NCBI RefSeq assembly: GCF_009914755.1
Contig: NC_060928.1
Reading direction: 5' to 3' (one strand)
DNA length: 64,000 nucleotides
Source: the human T2T-CHM13v2.0 reference genome, Homo sapiens
The stretch's first letter is position 1; every line of letters starts with the position of its first letter. Below are positions 13,275 to 28,042 of this stretch, one piece after another. The position numbers were made by a program, and so were the translations under genes. The notes under the pieces are model-generated. The model ran no database searches, was not told the origin of the DNA, and saw only the letters and a program-made list of their open reading frames with translations.

Positions 13275-16200
13275 TTGAGAGGTGATGGTGACAGAAAATT
13301 TACTGTAAACCAATGCCCCTCTAAGTAGAAATCTCAGAGAATTTTTAAATCTCCTTCATCAAGAGAGGAAGCCCTGCTGTGGAGGTAAATTATGTCTCCA
13401 TATTTTCAAAATGAGTATATTAATTCTAAAATAATATAAAAATTAATAGTAACTGATTCCTCTGATCTCTGCTAGATAAATAATCCCTTTCCTTATATAA
13501 GTTCAAAGAAGGCATTCAGAATTATGAAAACACAGCCAAAAAGTCAAAACATGAAGGCTCTTGGAACAAATTCCCAGCAAATACTAAGGGAAAACTACAT
13601 TTTTTCAATTTAGCTGAGTAAGAGCAAGATTTTGAAACGCTGGGCTGAGAAAGCATGGTATATTTTTGTAGTCTGGCTAAGATGAACAGTAGTCAAAAAT
13701 GATTCATTTTTCAGCCATAAAAGAGAAAACATTTTTTTTTTCTCTACAATATAATGCTACCTCCACCCTCCAGCTCAAGTTTATATTATGTGCTAAAGCA
13801 TGCTTTTTTGAGTTATATTTGTAGTATTTGTGGTGAATTTCTTCTAATCTTTTCATATGTTCTAGTTCACAATCTGAGCCACCAATGGCCAAAAACAACA
13901 AGAGTATCTGGGGAAGATGTATAAACCATGAATGAATGACAGTCATAAGATGTTAGTCTCATTAACATAGGTGTAACTTAACATTAACTTTTAAATTGTT
14001 GCCTCAAATGATTCTTAAACATTTCTCTAGTTTCTGTTCTGAGAAGAATTATGGAATATAAAAATAAAATTTTTGTGCACACTTTTTATTAGGCTGGAAC
14101 ACTCAGGGTATACTCCAGAATCAGAACTCTGTTATTCTGCTGTTTGTTTTTGAAGGAGTGACATTCTAGGTTTGTTTAATAGTCACTGTCTTCCATTGGT
14201 GTTATCCTGAGCCTGCCTTTTTCCTTCCAATTGTTGGAGTATTCATTATTTTCCACACAAGATACTGCGCTATCTTTTGGCCACATAATCTAAGCACTTG
14301 GTTCTACGCCTAGAAGGGAAACAGAAAGCTCCTCTGCATTATGGAGAAAATAATCCTCCCAGAAATAATGATGCTTCTAGGAAATGTTCCACCTGTTTCT
14401 TTCTGTTTTACAGGATAGAACACAGCGTTTAATGGGTGAAGTATAAAATATTATATAGAAGTTAGCAGGAGAAATCTGCTTAGGCTGGATGTCTTTTGTT
14501 AGAGAAGTGTCACTTGGGTGAAAATGGCAGAGCAAGGATAAATTGAGTAGCAAGCAGTTATATGCTAAGGCCTGGCTCAGCTCTATGTGTTAAGCTATAA
14601 GAAGAAACCATGTATTTAAGTTTCCCTATTTCCCCACTCAGATCATCAAGACAGAAAAACAAAAACCTAGGGATATGGGGCCAAAGACCTAGACAGAAAT
14701 TAGAAGTGTATATGCAGTGTATATGGTGTCTTCAGAATTATATTTCCTCAGTAATTTAAAGATGTAGAATAGGTTTATAAGCAGTCATTTGGAAGGTAAT
14801 GATTTGAGATCCTGTTTGCACCACAGCTAACACAAGGTGTTTCAGATATTTAAATTTCATCATCCAGCATTATACATTACACACATGTGCACACACACAC
14901 ACACATCATTCTGTTGTAGTTTTGAATATAATTGATAATATTAGACTTTAATTTTAACTAATCTACTATTTCTGTTTTTTCTCAATAACTTGTATTGGTG
15001 CTTTGGGGACTGTGTATTTTCGTTTCCATAAAAGAGTGAGCCTATCTTGGACTTTACTTATAATCTTCGTTGAATTTGAGATAGTAGATATTCACCAATA
15101 GACTTTCTGGTTATAAAGCTTTAAAAATGTCAGCATGATTAGAAATAAGAAATAGCTAAAACGGCTTTCAAATAAAAAGTCTAAATTACTAATTCAAATC
15201 TTATCCTTTTTTCCCTTTGAAAAGAGCTTTTATTTAGCATTAAAGAATTTATGTTGGGAGGAATATGGAGCTTAGCTAAGTCAGAGATTAAATCTATATC
15301 AATAAGGATATATACTTGTTTCTACAGATGAAGCATTCCATTTTAAAAAGCTCTTGGTCAAGAAAGCTCAGTATCTTAAGAAAAATAACATTTCTATAAT
15401 CTGTATGCTCTAGGCAAAGTCTCTTTCTATGAATGACTACTTTATCCTTTACGAGTAAATTCATATGTTCTCCTGTTGCTGTCACGAATGTTATGAACTT
15501 TTTAGTGTTCTTTCCATTAGACTCAGATTTCTGATTCAGTATCTGTTCCCAAATGAGTAACATAGAAAATATTTGACATATCGAATAATGATAGCTGTAA
15601 AGGAAAAACACATTTTATGTGACATGAGAATAAACATAACGTACATTTGAGGCAAATAGAGATGCTTCTAGGCAACTTAGAAGTTTGAAAGGAAGGAAAA
15701 ATAGAATGAGTCAGATCATTTAATGCTAGAAGCAATTAACAAGTACCTGGCTGAGGAAAGAAAAGGAAGGAAGGATGACAAGAGGGAGGTAATTAAAGAA
15801 AAAAGAAAGTTGAAGAAATACAATATTCAAATATGACTTCAAGTACCACCTCAAAAATGCTGTGGTTTCTTAACCGAATATCCCATTCTATAGAATGTTT
15901 AGGACATTCTATAAATGACCCTACCCTCAATCAGAGGTTAAGACTCTGAGACCAAATTGAGAAAAAAGGGATGAGGGCCTAATTGTTAGGTTATGCTCTG
16001 TGGAGCCTCACACTGTGTTACTATACAACAAAGGGTCTCTGCACAACTATCAGCAGCAGATGGGTTAAGCAGATGGGGCTAGATGCCATCTAGGTCAAGG
16101 AACAATATAGATGTATTGTACACCTTGAGCTCCTGTCCTGAAATGCCATTATATCCACATATATTCCACATAAAATACCCATTCCTTGAGCAAGCCATGC

Positions 16201-16329
16201 TAGGATTATAGTTTCTCCAACTCTCTGGGGAAGTAGGACACGTGTCTCAGATATGAGGCAGCCTGATTTCCAATAAACTGTGACAAAGATATGCAGAGAA
16301 CCTGATCATGAGGGCTCAACACAGGCCTA

Positions 16330-16585
16330 ATAATAAAAAGTAATAATCATGATTTTTTAAGTAAGTATCTTAGATATTTCAGTTAGGCACCATTCTAAGA
16401 AATGTATATGTGTGAACTCATTTTAATTTTACTACCCTATGATATACATACTAATAATATTCTTTCTTTACTACTATGGAAACTAAGAAGTTAAGTGAAT
16501 TTCCCTGAAGTTACAGAGCTAGTAAGAGGCTGAGTCTAAATTTGAATTGAGAGAGTCTGGATACAAAGATTTTACTCTTAACAAT
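16330..16585 (-). mobile_element. MIR SINE
   Basis: ggcaccattctaag...gaagttaagtgaatttccctgaagttacagagctagtaagaggc...agtctgg...actcttaac. Confidence 0.75.
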
Positions 16586-17003
16586 TGATGAACTGTGGAC
16601 ATATCTAAGGTTTTCAAGTAACAAAAATTTCATACTATAGACAGTGATATAACAGCAAAAAGTTTTGTCTGCTACAGGTAAAAGTGATAAAATTGAGATC
16701 AAATGCATAGTTCATCAATACCAAAGAAGCATTTAAAGTGGTAGTGTGCCAGTATATGTTAACAAGTAACTCTCTAGAATAAAAATATATGTATATGTAT
16801 ATGTATATATATATATATGTGTGTGTGTGTATGTGTGAATATACATGTGTGTATGTATGTAAAGTTACATACACAAAGATTTTACTCTTAACTATTGATG
16901 AACTGTGAACATAACTAAGGTTTTCAAGTAACAAAAATTTCATAGCTGTAGACATCAGTATAGCCGTAAAAAATTGTATCTGCTAAGGGTAAAAGTGATA
17001 AAA
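16563..17003 (+). repeat. ~130-bp direct duplication (16563-16692 and 16873-17003)
   Basis: acaaagattttactcttaac...ttttcaagtaacaaaaatttcata...ggtaaaagtgataaaa occurs twice, 310 bp apart. Confidence 0.95.
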
Positions 17004-18081
17004 CAACTGAACATATATACATGCATTATGTAAACGCGCACATGCATGCATGTAAACACACACATATGCATACATACATGTATGTAAGCACACACGTATG
17101 TATGAAAACATATACACATGTATACACAGAGCTTGTTTTAAATTTTACTGATATAAAAATATATGTAACACATAACTTAATAATAATTATAATAAATGCA
17201 ATATTTCTATTGTAAATTTTACACAGTCAAATGATTTTTGCAAAATGCTTTTGTTGACTTTTGATGAACTCATTTATCTGAAAAGAACCAATGTCTGCAA
17301 TTCAACTGTGATTTGACAAATGGAATTGCATCTCAACCCACTAACTCTTTCTCAATAATTTTATTGTTTTAAAATATGGTGTGTGATCTACCCTTAAACA
17401 ATTCCTGAACTTCACATAAATTATATTAATTGCACTGAAATTACTTGTATCATTTAGACTACATATGTCACATTTTAATTTTTCATCAATTATGTGAAAA
17501 CTGTTGTTAACAGTTTTCAATTTTTAATCAATTATGTTAAAACAGACAATAGTTGTAAGATATTGAAAAAAATATTTTCTGGGTTTTTTTGTGCTATTTA
17601 TAAGGTTATAGCTAGAGACACAACATACTTCTAACTACAATTTGCATTATTAACACTTTCTTCATCATTTTATTAAGTCTAGATAATCAACAAAACAATC
17701 AATTAAGCCTCATTTGGTAGCTTTGATTGATTTCCATTGTCTACTTTCTCACCACGGCAAATGTCAAGCTATTAATGTGATGTTACTGAACATGGAGTTG
17801 GAAAGAGATGGGTGGTAGCACACGGTGAAAGAGTAATCCCACCATACAGCTATGGTAGAGGCACATAATCTTGAGAGTATAAGCAATAGTAAAACATTGT
17901 GAAATAGCTAGGAAGTGATATGTAGTGGACATAATTGTTTTGAATATAATTAATGTAATTATAAGTTTGTAAAATTTAATTTTGACTAATGCCTGTGTTT
18001 AATAACTGGCTCAAAAAACTTCTGTAAAACTAATGGTTGGCTCTTGTGGGTCAATATTGAACTGACTTCAGCACAAAACTA
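16737..18081 (+). mobile_element. Arthur1-like hAT-Tip100 DNA transposon remnant with internal TA/TG/CA microsatellites
   Basis: Left end gtagtgtgccagtatatgttaacaagtaactctc and right end aataactggctc...ggctcttgtgggtc...ttcagcacaaaacta resemble Arthur1 termini. Confidence 0.65.
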
Positions 18082-18589
18082 CCAAGGACAGCAAGATCTG
18101 GAATGCCCAAAGACAAGAGAAACAGATAAGTATAAGAAACAACAAGTCAAAAAACAAGGAATAGGAGAAATCAAGGTTACATATTAGAGTGGTGCTGAAG
18201 CTAGTTCTATTGTCTCTAGAAGAGTGTGAAGAGCATGAGTGAATTCCAAATATTGGACCTACAGAATGGATAACTGGTACCCAGGTATTTTCCTCTAAAA
18301 TAGGTTCTGCCTAGGGCACTATTTGGGACCCCTATGTTGCCAAGAACCAAAAAAACAACTCTCATGAATTCCTCCTCGACAAAATGTTGGAATCTGTCAC
18401 AGATGTGCTATACTAAGGGGCCAGTAGTAGTGGAAATCACAAAACTAAGAGTGAATTGACTCAATAAAGGGGAGCAGAAAAGAACTGTTGCTGTGTTAAT
18501 CAGCTCAGTTCCTGGCAGTGTTTTATGTGAGTACTTTCTAGCATAAAGCAGAACTGGATGGCACAGAGTTTATATTTAGCAAAATTACT

Positions 18590-18710
18590 CTTTTATCCCC
18601 AAATTGCTATGATTAGGACAAGTATTCATCTATTTTGCTCACTGCTGTCTTCCCAGAGCATAGAAAATGAAAAGCACCTGGAATGAACACATGAATGACA
18701 TGAATAAAGA
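18590..18710 (+). mobile_element. L2 3' end
   Basis: tattttgctcactgctgtcttcccagagca...atgaatgacatgaat. Confidence 0.55.
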
Positions 18711-18839
18711 TGAAAAAACATACTCTGGTGCCATCTGGTTATTCTTACCATGTGTGATATTTATTACCTATGGTCCTGCATCCTTTCATGGTGACTGGTC
18801 TTCATGTCAGCATATTCGGCTTCTCTTTTGTAAAGTTGT

Positions 18840-19128
18840 TGACAAAGGTGGGGAAGGCTTTAGACTTGAGTTAGTTAAACCTGAGATTGATTCCCAAGTC
18901 TGTCACTCTGTCACTTACTGTGTGACATTAAACAGGGCACTTCACAGCTTTAAGCCTCATGCTCCTCATTTTTTAATTCAGGATTAAGTATGATTCTCAT
19001 ACTTGTAATGATAAAATTATATATATATATATTTATATAATATGTGTGTGTGTGTGTGTATATATACGTACATTACCAGACATGGTGCTGTAGGAAAGAA
19101 CTCAGTTAATTACAACTAGTATTATTAC
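18840..19128 (+). mobile_element. MIR with embedded (TA)n/(TG)n microsatellite
   Basis: actctgtcacttactgtgtgacatt...gcctcatgctcctcattt; microsatellite ~19018-19068. Confidence 0.65.
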
Positions 19129-19205
19129 TGAAACTGCCCAAATAATGTGTCATTGTGTGTACGTGTGAGGGGTGATTTTTTCTTTCAGTTTTGTTGTTAC
19201 TGTTC

Positions 19206-20286
19206 TCTTGCAGGAAGTCAGGGACCCCTGAATGGAGGGACTGGCTGAAGCCATGGCAGAAGAACATAAATTGTGATGATTTCATGGACGTTTATTAGTT
19301 CCCCAAATTAATACTTTTATAATTTGTTATGCTTGTCTTTACTGCAATCTCTGAACATAAATTGTGAAGATTTAATGGACATTTATCACTTCCCCAGTCA
19401 ATACTCTTATAATTTCCTATGCCTGTCTTTATGTTAATCTCTTAATCCTGTCATTTTCATAAGCTGAGGATGTATGTCACCTCAGGACCCTGTGATGATT
19501 GCGTTATCTGTACAAATTATTTGTAAAACATGTGTGTTTGAACAATATGAAATCTGGGCATCCTAAAAGAACAGGATAACAGCAGTTTTCAGGGAACAAG
19601 GGAGATAACCATAAGGCCTGACTGCCTGTGGGGCTGGGCAGAACAGAGTCATATTTCTCTTCTTTCAAAAGTGAATAGAGAAATATCACTGAATTCTTTT
19701 TCTCAGCAAGGAACACCCCTGAGAAAAGAATGCATTCCCGGGGGGCGGCCTCTAAAATGGCCGCTCTGGAAGTGTCTGTCTTATGCAGTTGAAGATAAGG
19801 GATAAAATATGCCCTGGCCTCCTGCAGCGCCCCCAGGCTTGCTAGGATTAGGAAATTCCAGCTTGGCAAATTCTAGTCAGACCAGTTCTCTGCTCTTGAA
19901 CCCTGTTTCCTGTTAAGATGTTTAGCAATGACAATGCATGCACAGCAGGGCATGGAACTTCATCAGTAATTCTAATTTTGCCTTGGCCTTGTGATCTTGC
20001 TCTGCCCCCATTAGCCTTGTGATATTTTATTGCCTTTGAAGCATGTGATCTCTGTGACCCACACCATATTCATACACTCACTCCCCTTTGAAAATCGCTA
20101 ATAAAAACTTGCTGGTTTGCGGCTCGGGGGCACCATTGAAACTGCCAACATGTGATGTCACCCCTGGAGACCCAGCTGTAAAATTTCTTTCTTTTGTACT
20201 CTTTCTCTTTATTTCTCAGACCAGCCAACACTTAGGAAAATAGAAAAGAACCTACATTGAAATATTGGGGGCTGGTTCCCCTGATA
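19206..20286 (+). mobile_element. MER11 (MER11C-length) solo LTR of HERV-K11/HML-8
   Basis: Starts tcttgcaggaagtcagggaccc (consensus TGTTGCGGGAAGTCAGGGACCC); internal gaacataaattgtga repeats; aataaa at ~20100; ends gggggctggttcccctgata; perfect 6-bp TSD ctgttc at 19200-19205 and 20287-20292. Confidence 0.93.
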
Positions 20287-20559
20287 CTGTTCTAATGTTA
20301 AAGTTTATATGATTAGCAAGATTCCAATCAAACTAAAGCATAAAGCTCTTGTTACTTGTCATTTTCTCTCCAGGTCAGATCTTCATATATCTGGATAATA
20401 ATCTTTCATGGTATTCATGTAGGTAAATCCCATACATGTATATGGTATTGTCATATTTTAACTGGAAATGACATATTGGAGAACAAGAAATCAGCACCCT
20501 TTTGTTTAAGGGGTAGAGCCAGTACTTGCAGTTTGTCCATGGTGGGCATCTCCTTTTCC

Positions 20560-21965
<1,406 letters not shown>

Positions 21966-22359
21966 AAGTTGTTTTCCATCAGACTAGTGATATCCTCTTG
22001 TTTGTACCAGCTACCTGACTAACATAGCATTTAAAAACTTTTATTTATTTTTATTTCTTATTGTTTTTAATACAGAAATGTTTAAGCATGTACAAAGGTA
22101 ATACTAAATCCACATGTTTTTTAGCATTTATATTTAATCTGCAGATTAATCACAGTATGGCAGATACTGTGATTTGATGTAAACAATATTTGCTTCAAAC
22201 TTCTCATGGAATGCTTTTCTGAAAATAAAAGGCTGGACAGATAAGAATTCATGACACTCTTTCAATGATAGCTGTAGATTTGATTTAAGATGTGCCGATA
22301 AGGCACACTCCGACAAATTCTGAAGAAAGGTAGGCTGTGGAGGCATCCGTTTTGCAGAG

Positions 22360-22632
22360 ATGGTTGCAGATATGGATAACAGCAAAGGAGGCATGGACAT
22401 GGAGCTGGTAGCTAAAACTTCTGATTCTATGGCTTCCTATTGTTGCAGGAGCAGCAGATTCTTGGGGTTCAGTCTGTGGTGTCACTTGGAGAGTCATTAT
22501 TATAAGCCAAACCTAGAATTTATATCTTCACCTCTCTTAATAACTTGGTATGTCGTTTTTCACACTACCATAGGACATTTTCTGCTCAAATTAGCTGCAG
22601 TAGAATCTGTCATTGCAACTGCAAACTGACCA
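22360..22632 (+). mobile_element. Ancient LTR 3' fragment (LTR78/MaLR-like)
   Basis: ttctgctcaaattagctgcagtagaatctgtcattgcaact resembles old LTR 3' ends. Confidence 0.3.
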
Positions 22633-22850
22633 ATTTGAGAATTATCACCTCCTTTCATGTTTCCTATGGAATCTTCCATTCCACTCATTATTGGATACTC
22701 AGGGATTGTGGCTGCATGGAATCATGTAGAAAAATGGAGGCATTTGACAGTGGTTGTACTCAATTGTATGCTTTAAGGAAGCATAATTCATATGAAAGTG
22801 TCCTAGTGCCAAGAAAAAAATTTATGTACAGATAGCAATGATAAACAATA

Positions 22851-23316
22851 CAGTAGACCCTTGAACAACATAGATATGAACTGTACAAATCCACTTATAC
22901 ATGATTTTTTTTCAACAAAATTTATACCAAATGTGCTGCTTCTCCTATCTCCCCTCTACCTTTACAGGTCTTCTGCTTCTGCCACCACTGAGACAACAAG
23001 ACCAATCCCTCCTCTTTTTTCTTCTCTTCAGTCTATGCAACATGAAAACTACAAGGGCAAATGCCTATGACAATCCATTTCCACTTAATAAATAGTAACT
23101 ATCTTTCCTCTTCCTTATTATTTTCTTAGTAACATTTTCTTTTCTCTTCCTTTCTTCACTGTAAGAATACAGTATTTAATATATATAACATACAAAATAT
23201 GTGTTAATTAACTGTTTATATTATTGGTAAGGCTTCTAGTCAGAAGTTATACACAAGTTTTCAAATTCTTGGGTGGATTGATGACCCTCACTCTCTTATT
23301 GTTCAAGGGTGAGCTG
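22851..23316 (+). mobile_element. Tigger2a-like TcMar DNA transposon
   Basis: TIRs cagtagacccttgaacaa / ttgttcaagggtgagctg, TA on both flanks, internal gccaccactgagacaacaagaccaatccctcctc. Confidence 0.88.
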
Positions 23317-24889
23317 TATATGGAAATATAAGCTGCATGGTCAAGAGGAAACATTCAAGGGGGCATTAAAGTTTAATAAATGGTAAAATTGAAAGAAGCA
23401 ATCGATAAGATTCAGGTAGGTCAAGGGCTGGCTCAGAATACATCTTTTCAAAAATTGTTCTTGTGTTTGTTATATTCTATGAATTGGGAGTAAATCCTTA
23501 AAGCTAGCAAGCATAATAGTTTTCCTCATGAAAATAACCCTCCAAAGACATTCCTACACAGTGTTTCTCTTTACTGATAAATTACCTCTATTCCCACCAC
23601 ACCAGCTTGCTTAGTCAGTTGCTTCAGGCTCCTGTTGATCTCACCAGTTTTGCCCATCTTCATTGAATCCTACTCATTTGCCTCACACATAGTATGTTTT
23701 ACACAAGTATTTGATTAATTAATGAATGTCAGTGCTTTGCCACATGGCAATATTGCTTTTTCCTATCCATATTGTGTTGCCTAAAATTGTAGCATATCGT
23801 TCAGATCTACTGCAAAACCTTCAATAGATTAAAAAACAGCACCCATTAGTTTTATGTACCATAAGAAAATATAAGAAAGCATCTAAGAGTTCATAAATAT
23901 AAATTTCCTTTTGAAGAGGACAAAATATAAATAACTTTTAAGTGTTATATGACCTTTTTTATTTGCTTTTAATGAATGTAATTTTTTTCCAACTCTTAGA
24001 TGGTATCTTTCAGTAGTATGGCTTTACACTTGTAAAGCTGAAGTTCTGCTTCTATCAAAGCTATAACTCAGCAACCTACTGTGCCCAGTGATTCTGCAAG
24101 AAGTACTCACAATTTGTATATTATTATTTCCCTGAGTATAAAAACCTTAATTTCCCATTATTTTCCAATTCAATTTCATTACATTCAATTTTTATTTTTA
24201 ATATGCTCTATGGATGTGCTAAAAATTCACAAACACTTAAACTTGAGAGACAATATGTTAAAAAAGGATGTTACAGAATTAAAAATGTTTTTCTTGTCAT
24301 TATGTCCTTTCTTATATAATCTCCAACTTGGTAGCTCACCAGGGAATGTATTTAAAAATATATCAATTCCATATTGTCCTTTCCTTTCTAGTAATATTAT
24401 ACAATAAATTGACTACTACTAAATGCAATAATGGCAAAGAAAATATTTCTGGTTTTGTTTTGATAAATTTTGATGAAGAAGGCAGAGAATTCCAATTATT
24501 AATGAAAATAAGGAAAATGCTCATCAAATTTCAAATGATGCTTCTACCAGAATGTAGTTAATAAGTCAGAAGGTATAAACCCATAAAGAGGGTATAAAAC
24601 ATCACAAGAAGACTGATTGGGAGAGGGTTCATGGATTCTTTTTTTCAAATGATTTCAGCCCTGACGTAAGTTTTATATACACTCAAGAAAAATTGCTGGT
24701 GGGTAATTCTCTCCTCCTGAAAACATCTTAAATTGAGGCCACTTGGAATTTCTTGGGGGGTGAAAAGGTGTATATGTTTTTCCTGTGTACCAAACAAGAA
24801 TCATGAGGAGAGTTGGCATCACTTCCTCATATTGCCACATAAATTGTTCTTCAAAGAGATTTCTTTCTCTACATTTTTTTTTTACCTTG

Positions 24890-25115
24890 GTCTCAACTTA
24901 GGCCCAGACCTTCATCATCTTACACTTCTAACTGTTATTTGTGACTCCTGTCTTGTCCCTCTTTCCCATAATCTACCCTAATGGAAAACAAATATCCATA
25001 AAATGCAAATCTGACCCTGCCATTCACCAACTTGAGCACTTTCAGTGACTCAGCCTAAAAAAAATCAAGTACAACCTCCTTGTAATGGCTTATAATAATT
25101 CATCATTCTATAATT
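24890..25115 (+). mobile_element. L2 fragment
   Basis: aaaatgcaaatctgacc...actttcagtgactc...aacctccttgtaatggcttat. Confidence 0.55.
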
Positions 25116-25235
25116 GTCTGCCAAATTATTGAGCAAATCAATCAATACATGAACAAATATGTTAATCTCTGAGTTATTTGATACACATAAAGTAAATATA
25201 TTCCTCTTCAAGCCTGATCTGGTTTCTTGGCAAGA

Positions 25236-27634
25236 TGTATTAGTCCATTCTTGCACTGCTATACAACAATACCAGAGACTGGGTAATTCATTTAAAAAAG
25301 AGGTTTAATTGGCTCACAATTCCACAGGCTGCACAGGAAACAAGGCAGGATCTGCTTCTGTGGAGGCCTCAGGAAAATTTCAATCATGGCAGAAGGTGAA
25401 GGGGAAGCAGGCACATATTACATGGCCAGAGCAGGAGGAAAAGAGAGAGAGAGGAGGAGGTGCCACACACTTTTAAAAAACTAGATCTCACGAGAACTGA
25501 CTCAGTACCATGACACAGTACCAAGGGGGAAATCCACTCTCCTGATCCAATCTCCTCTCACCAGGCCCCACTGCCAACATTGGGGATTACAATTCAACAT
25601 GAGATTTGGGTGGGGACACAGATCCATACCATATTTTTCCTCCCCTGCCCCCTCTAAATCTCTGTTCTTCTGACATTGCAAAATACAATCATCCCTTCAC
25701 AACAGTCCCCAAAGTCTTACCTCATGCCAGCATTAAGTCTGAAGTCCAAAATCTCAACTAAAACAAGGCTAGTCCTTTCTGCCTATGAGCCTGTAAAATC
25801 AAAAAGAAATTACTTACTCCCAAGATACAATGGGGGTATCATTACTCCCATTCCAAAAAGGAGAAATCACCCAAAAGAAAGGGGCTGCAGGTTCCATGCA
25901 AGACTGAAACCCAGCAGAGTAGCCATTCAACCTAAAAGCTCCTAAATAATCTCTTTTGATTCGATGTTTCACATCCAGGGCATGCTGGTGCAAAGTGTGG
26001 GCTCCCAAACTCTTGGGCAGCTCCACCCCTGTGACTTTCTGGAGTTCAGCCTCAGTGGTTCTTCTCAAGGGCTGGCATTGAGTGCCTGTGTTTTTCCAGG
26101 AGTGTGGTACAAGCTGTTGGTGGCTCTACCATTCTGGAGCCTGGGGGATGATGGCCCTCTTCTCACAGCTCCCCTAGGCGGTGCCCCAGTGGGGACTCTT
26201 CGAGGAGGCTCCAACTCTGCTGTTCCCTTTTGCACTGCCCCAACAGAGACTCCCCATGAGGGCTCTGCCCTTGCAGCAGGCTTCTGACTAGACATTCAGG
26301 GTTTTCCATATATTCTCTGAAATCTAGGTGGAAGGTCCAAAGCCTCAATTCCTACACTCTGCGCACCACATAGAAACCACAAAGACTTATGTCTTGCACC
26401 CTCTGAAGTAGCAGCTTGAGCTGTACTCGGGCCCCCTTGAGCCTTGGCTGGAGCCAGCGAAGATGTGGGGAACAGTGTTCTGAGGCTGTACAGAGTAGCA
26501 TGGCTCTGGGGCCCTAAGTTCTGGACCTTGAAACCCTCTTTACCTTTTAGGCCTCTGGTCTTGTGATGGGAGGGGCTGCACTGAAGGTCTCTGAAATGTC
26601 TTGGAGGTCTCTTCTCCAATGTCTTGGCTATAAACATTTGGCTCCTCTTTCCTTATGCAAATTTCTGCAGCTGGCTTGAATTCTCCCCCAGAAAATGAGT
26701 TTTTCTTTACTGTGGTAAGGGCAGACTGCAAATTTTCCAAACTTTTACTCTCTGCTTCCCTTTTAAATGTAAGTTCTAGTTTCAAGTCATTTATTTCAAG
26801 CATGTGAGCATAGGTTGCTAGAAGCATCCAGGTCACATGTGGAACACTTTGCTGCTTAGAAAATTTTTCCATCTCTTAATCAGAGATGGAACTCTTAGGT
26901 TCAAAGTTCCACAGATCCCTAGACTGGGGACACAATGCTTCCAGTCTCTTTACTAATGTACAACAAAAGTGACCTTTCCTCCAGTTCCCAATAAGTTTCT
27001 CTTCATCTGAGATCTCCTCAGCCTAGACTTAGTTGTCCATGTCACTATTTGCATTTAGGTCACAACAATTAACAAGTCTCCAGGAAGTTTCAAACTTTCC
27101 TAACCAACTTTCCCTCACCTTCCAGCCTTCTGAGACTTCCATGCTCTTCCAACCTCTGCTTGTTGCCCGGTTCCAAAACTGCTTCCATATTTTCAGGTAT
27201 CTTTATAGCAATGTCCCACTCCTTGGTACCAATTTTCTATATTAGTCCTTTCTTGCACTGTTATAAACAAATATCTGAGACTGAGTAATTTATTCTAAAA
27301 AGAGGTTTAATTGGCTCACAGTTTACAGGCTACACAGGAAACATGGCAATATCTGCTTCTGGGGAGGCCTTGGGAAACTTTCAATCATGGCAGAAGGTGA
27401 GGGGGAAGTAAGCACGTCTTACATGGACAGAGCAGGAGGAGAAGAGAGAGGGGAGGAGGTGCCACACACTTTTAAACCACTAGATTTTATGATAACTCAC
27501 TCACTATTGCAACATAGTACCAAGGAGAAAATCGACCCCTATGATCCAATCACCTCCCATCAGACTCCACTCCAACACTGGGGATTACAATTTAACATGA
27601 GATTTCAGTGGGGACACAGATCCAAACCGTAACA
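25236..27634 (-). mobile_element. Two-LTR MSTA provirus (LTR ~25236-25636, MSTA-int ~25637-27237, LTR 27238-27634)
   Basis: Paired LTRs t(g/a)tattagtcc...aacatgagattt...ggggacacagatcca; ~1.6-kb internal region; TSD caaga/caagg. Confidence 0.92.
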
Positions 27635-27675
27635 CAAGGCAAAGGGACTAATATAAAAGATTCCCCTAATTATAT

Positions 27676-28042
27676 GGCTGGGGGGAGTTCAATGGCTTAT
27701 GCCTTTAATCTCAGTACTTTGGGAGGCCAAGGCTGGAGGATTGCTTGAGGCCAGGAGTTTAAGACCAGTCTTGGCAACATAGTAAGATCCTGTCTGTATA
27801 AAAAATACAAAAGTTAGCTAGACATGCTGGTGCATGCTTCTATGCCTGTAGTTCTAGCTACTCTGGAGAATAAGGAGGGAGGATTGCTTGAGCCCAGGAG
27901 TGTGAGGTTGCAGTGAGCTACAATTGCACTGCTGTGCTCCAACCTGGGTGACAGAGAGAGAGACTCTGTAAATAAGAGTCTCCTAGTCAACCTGGATGAC
28001 AGAAAGAGACTCCTAGTAAATAAGTAAACAAATAAATAAAAA
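27676..28042 (+). mobile_element. AluJ with a rearranged/duplicated 3' end
   Basis: ggaggattgcttgaggccaggag, gcttgagcccaggag and gcagtgagcta are AluJ-type features; caacctgg(g/a)tgacaga...gagactc occurs twice. Confidence 0.88.

Noticed and set aside
14385-14445. Strong acceptor-like tttctttctgttttacagG
   Set aside because: No convincing donor or recognisable coding sequence follows.
16511-16955. Two ORFs sharing MKFLLLENL.YVHSSSIVKSKIFV, like paralogous small peptides
   Set aside because: Just translation of the 130-bp DNA duplication and microsatellite; no coding evidence.
20356-20430. Possible 49-nt exon (ttttctctccag ... tag|gtaaat) just downstream of MER11
   Set aside because: Weak donor, not frame-preserving, no partner exon identified.
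22134-22149. Perfect 16-bp palindrome ttaatctgcagattaa (also the 11-bp-arm hairpin at 17495-17519)
   Set aside because: Short AT-rich palindromes are expected about once by chance in 64 kb, and there is no supporting context.
25676-27245. Dense ORF cluster on both strands
   Set aside because: MSTA internal sequence; the same pseudo-peptides recur in the THE1-int at 1950-2199.
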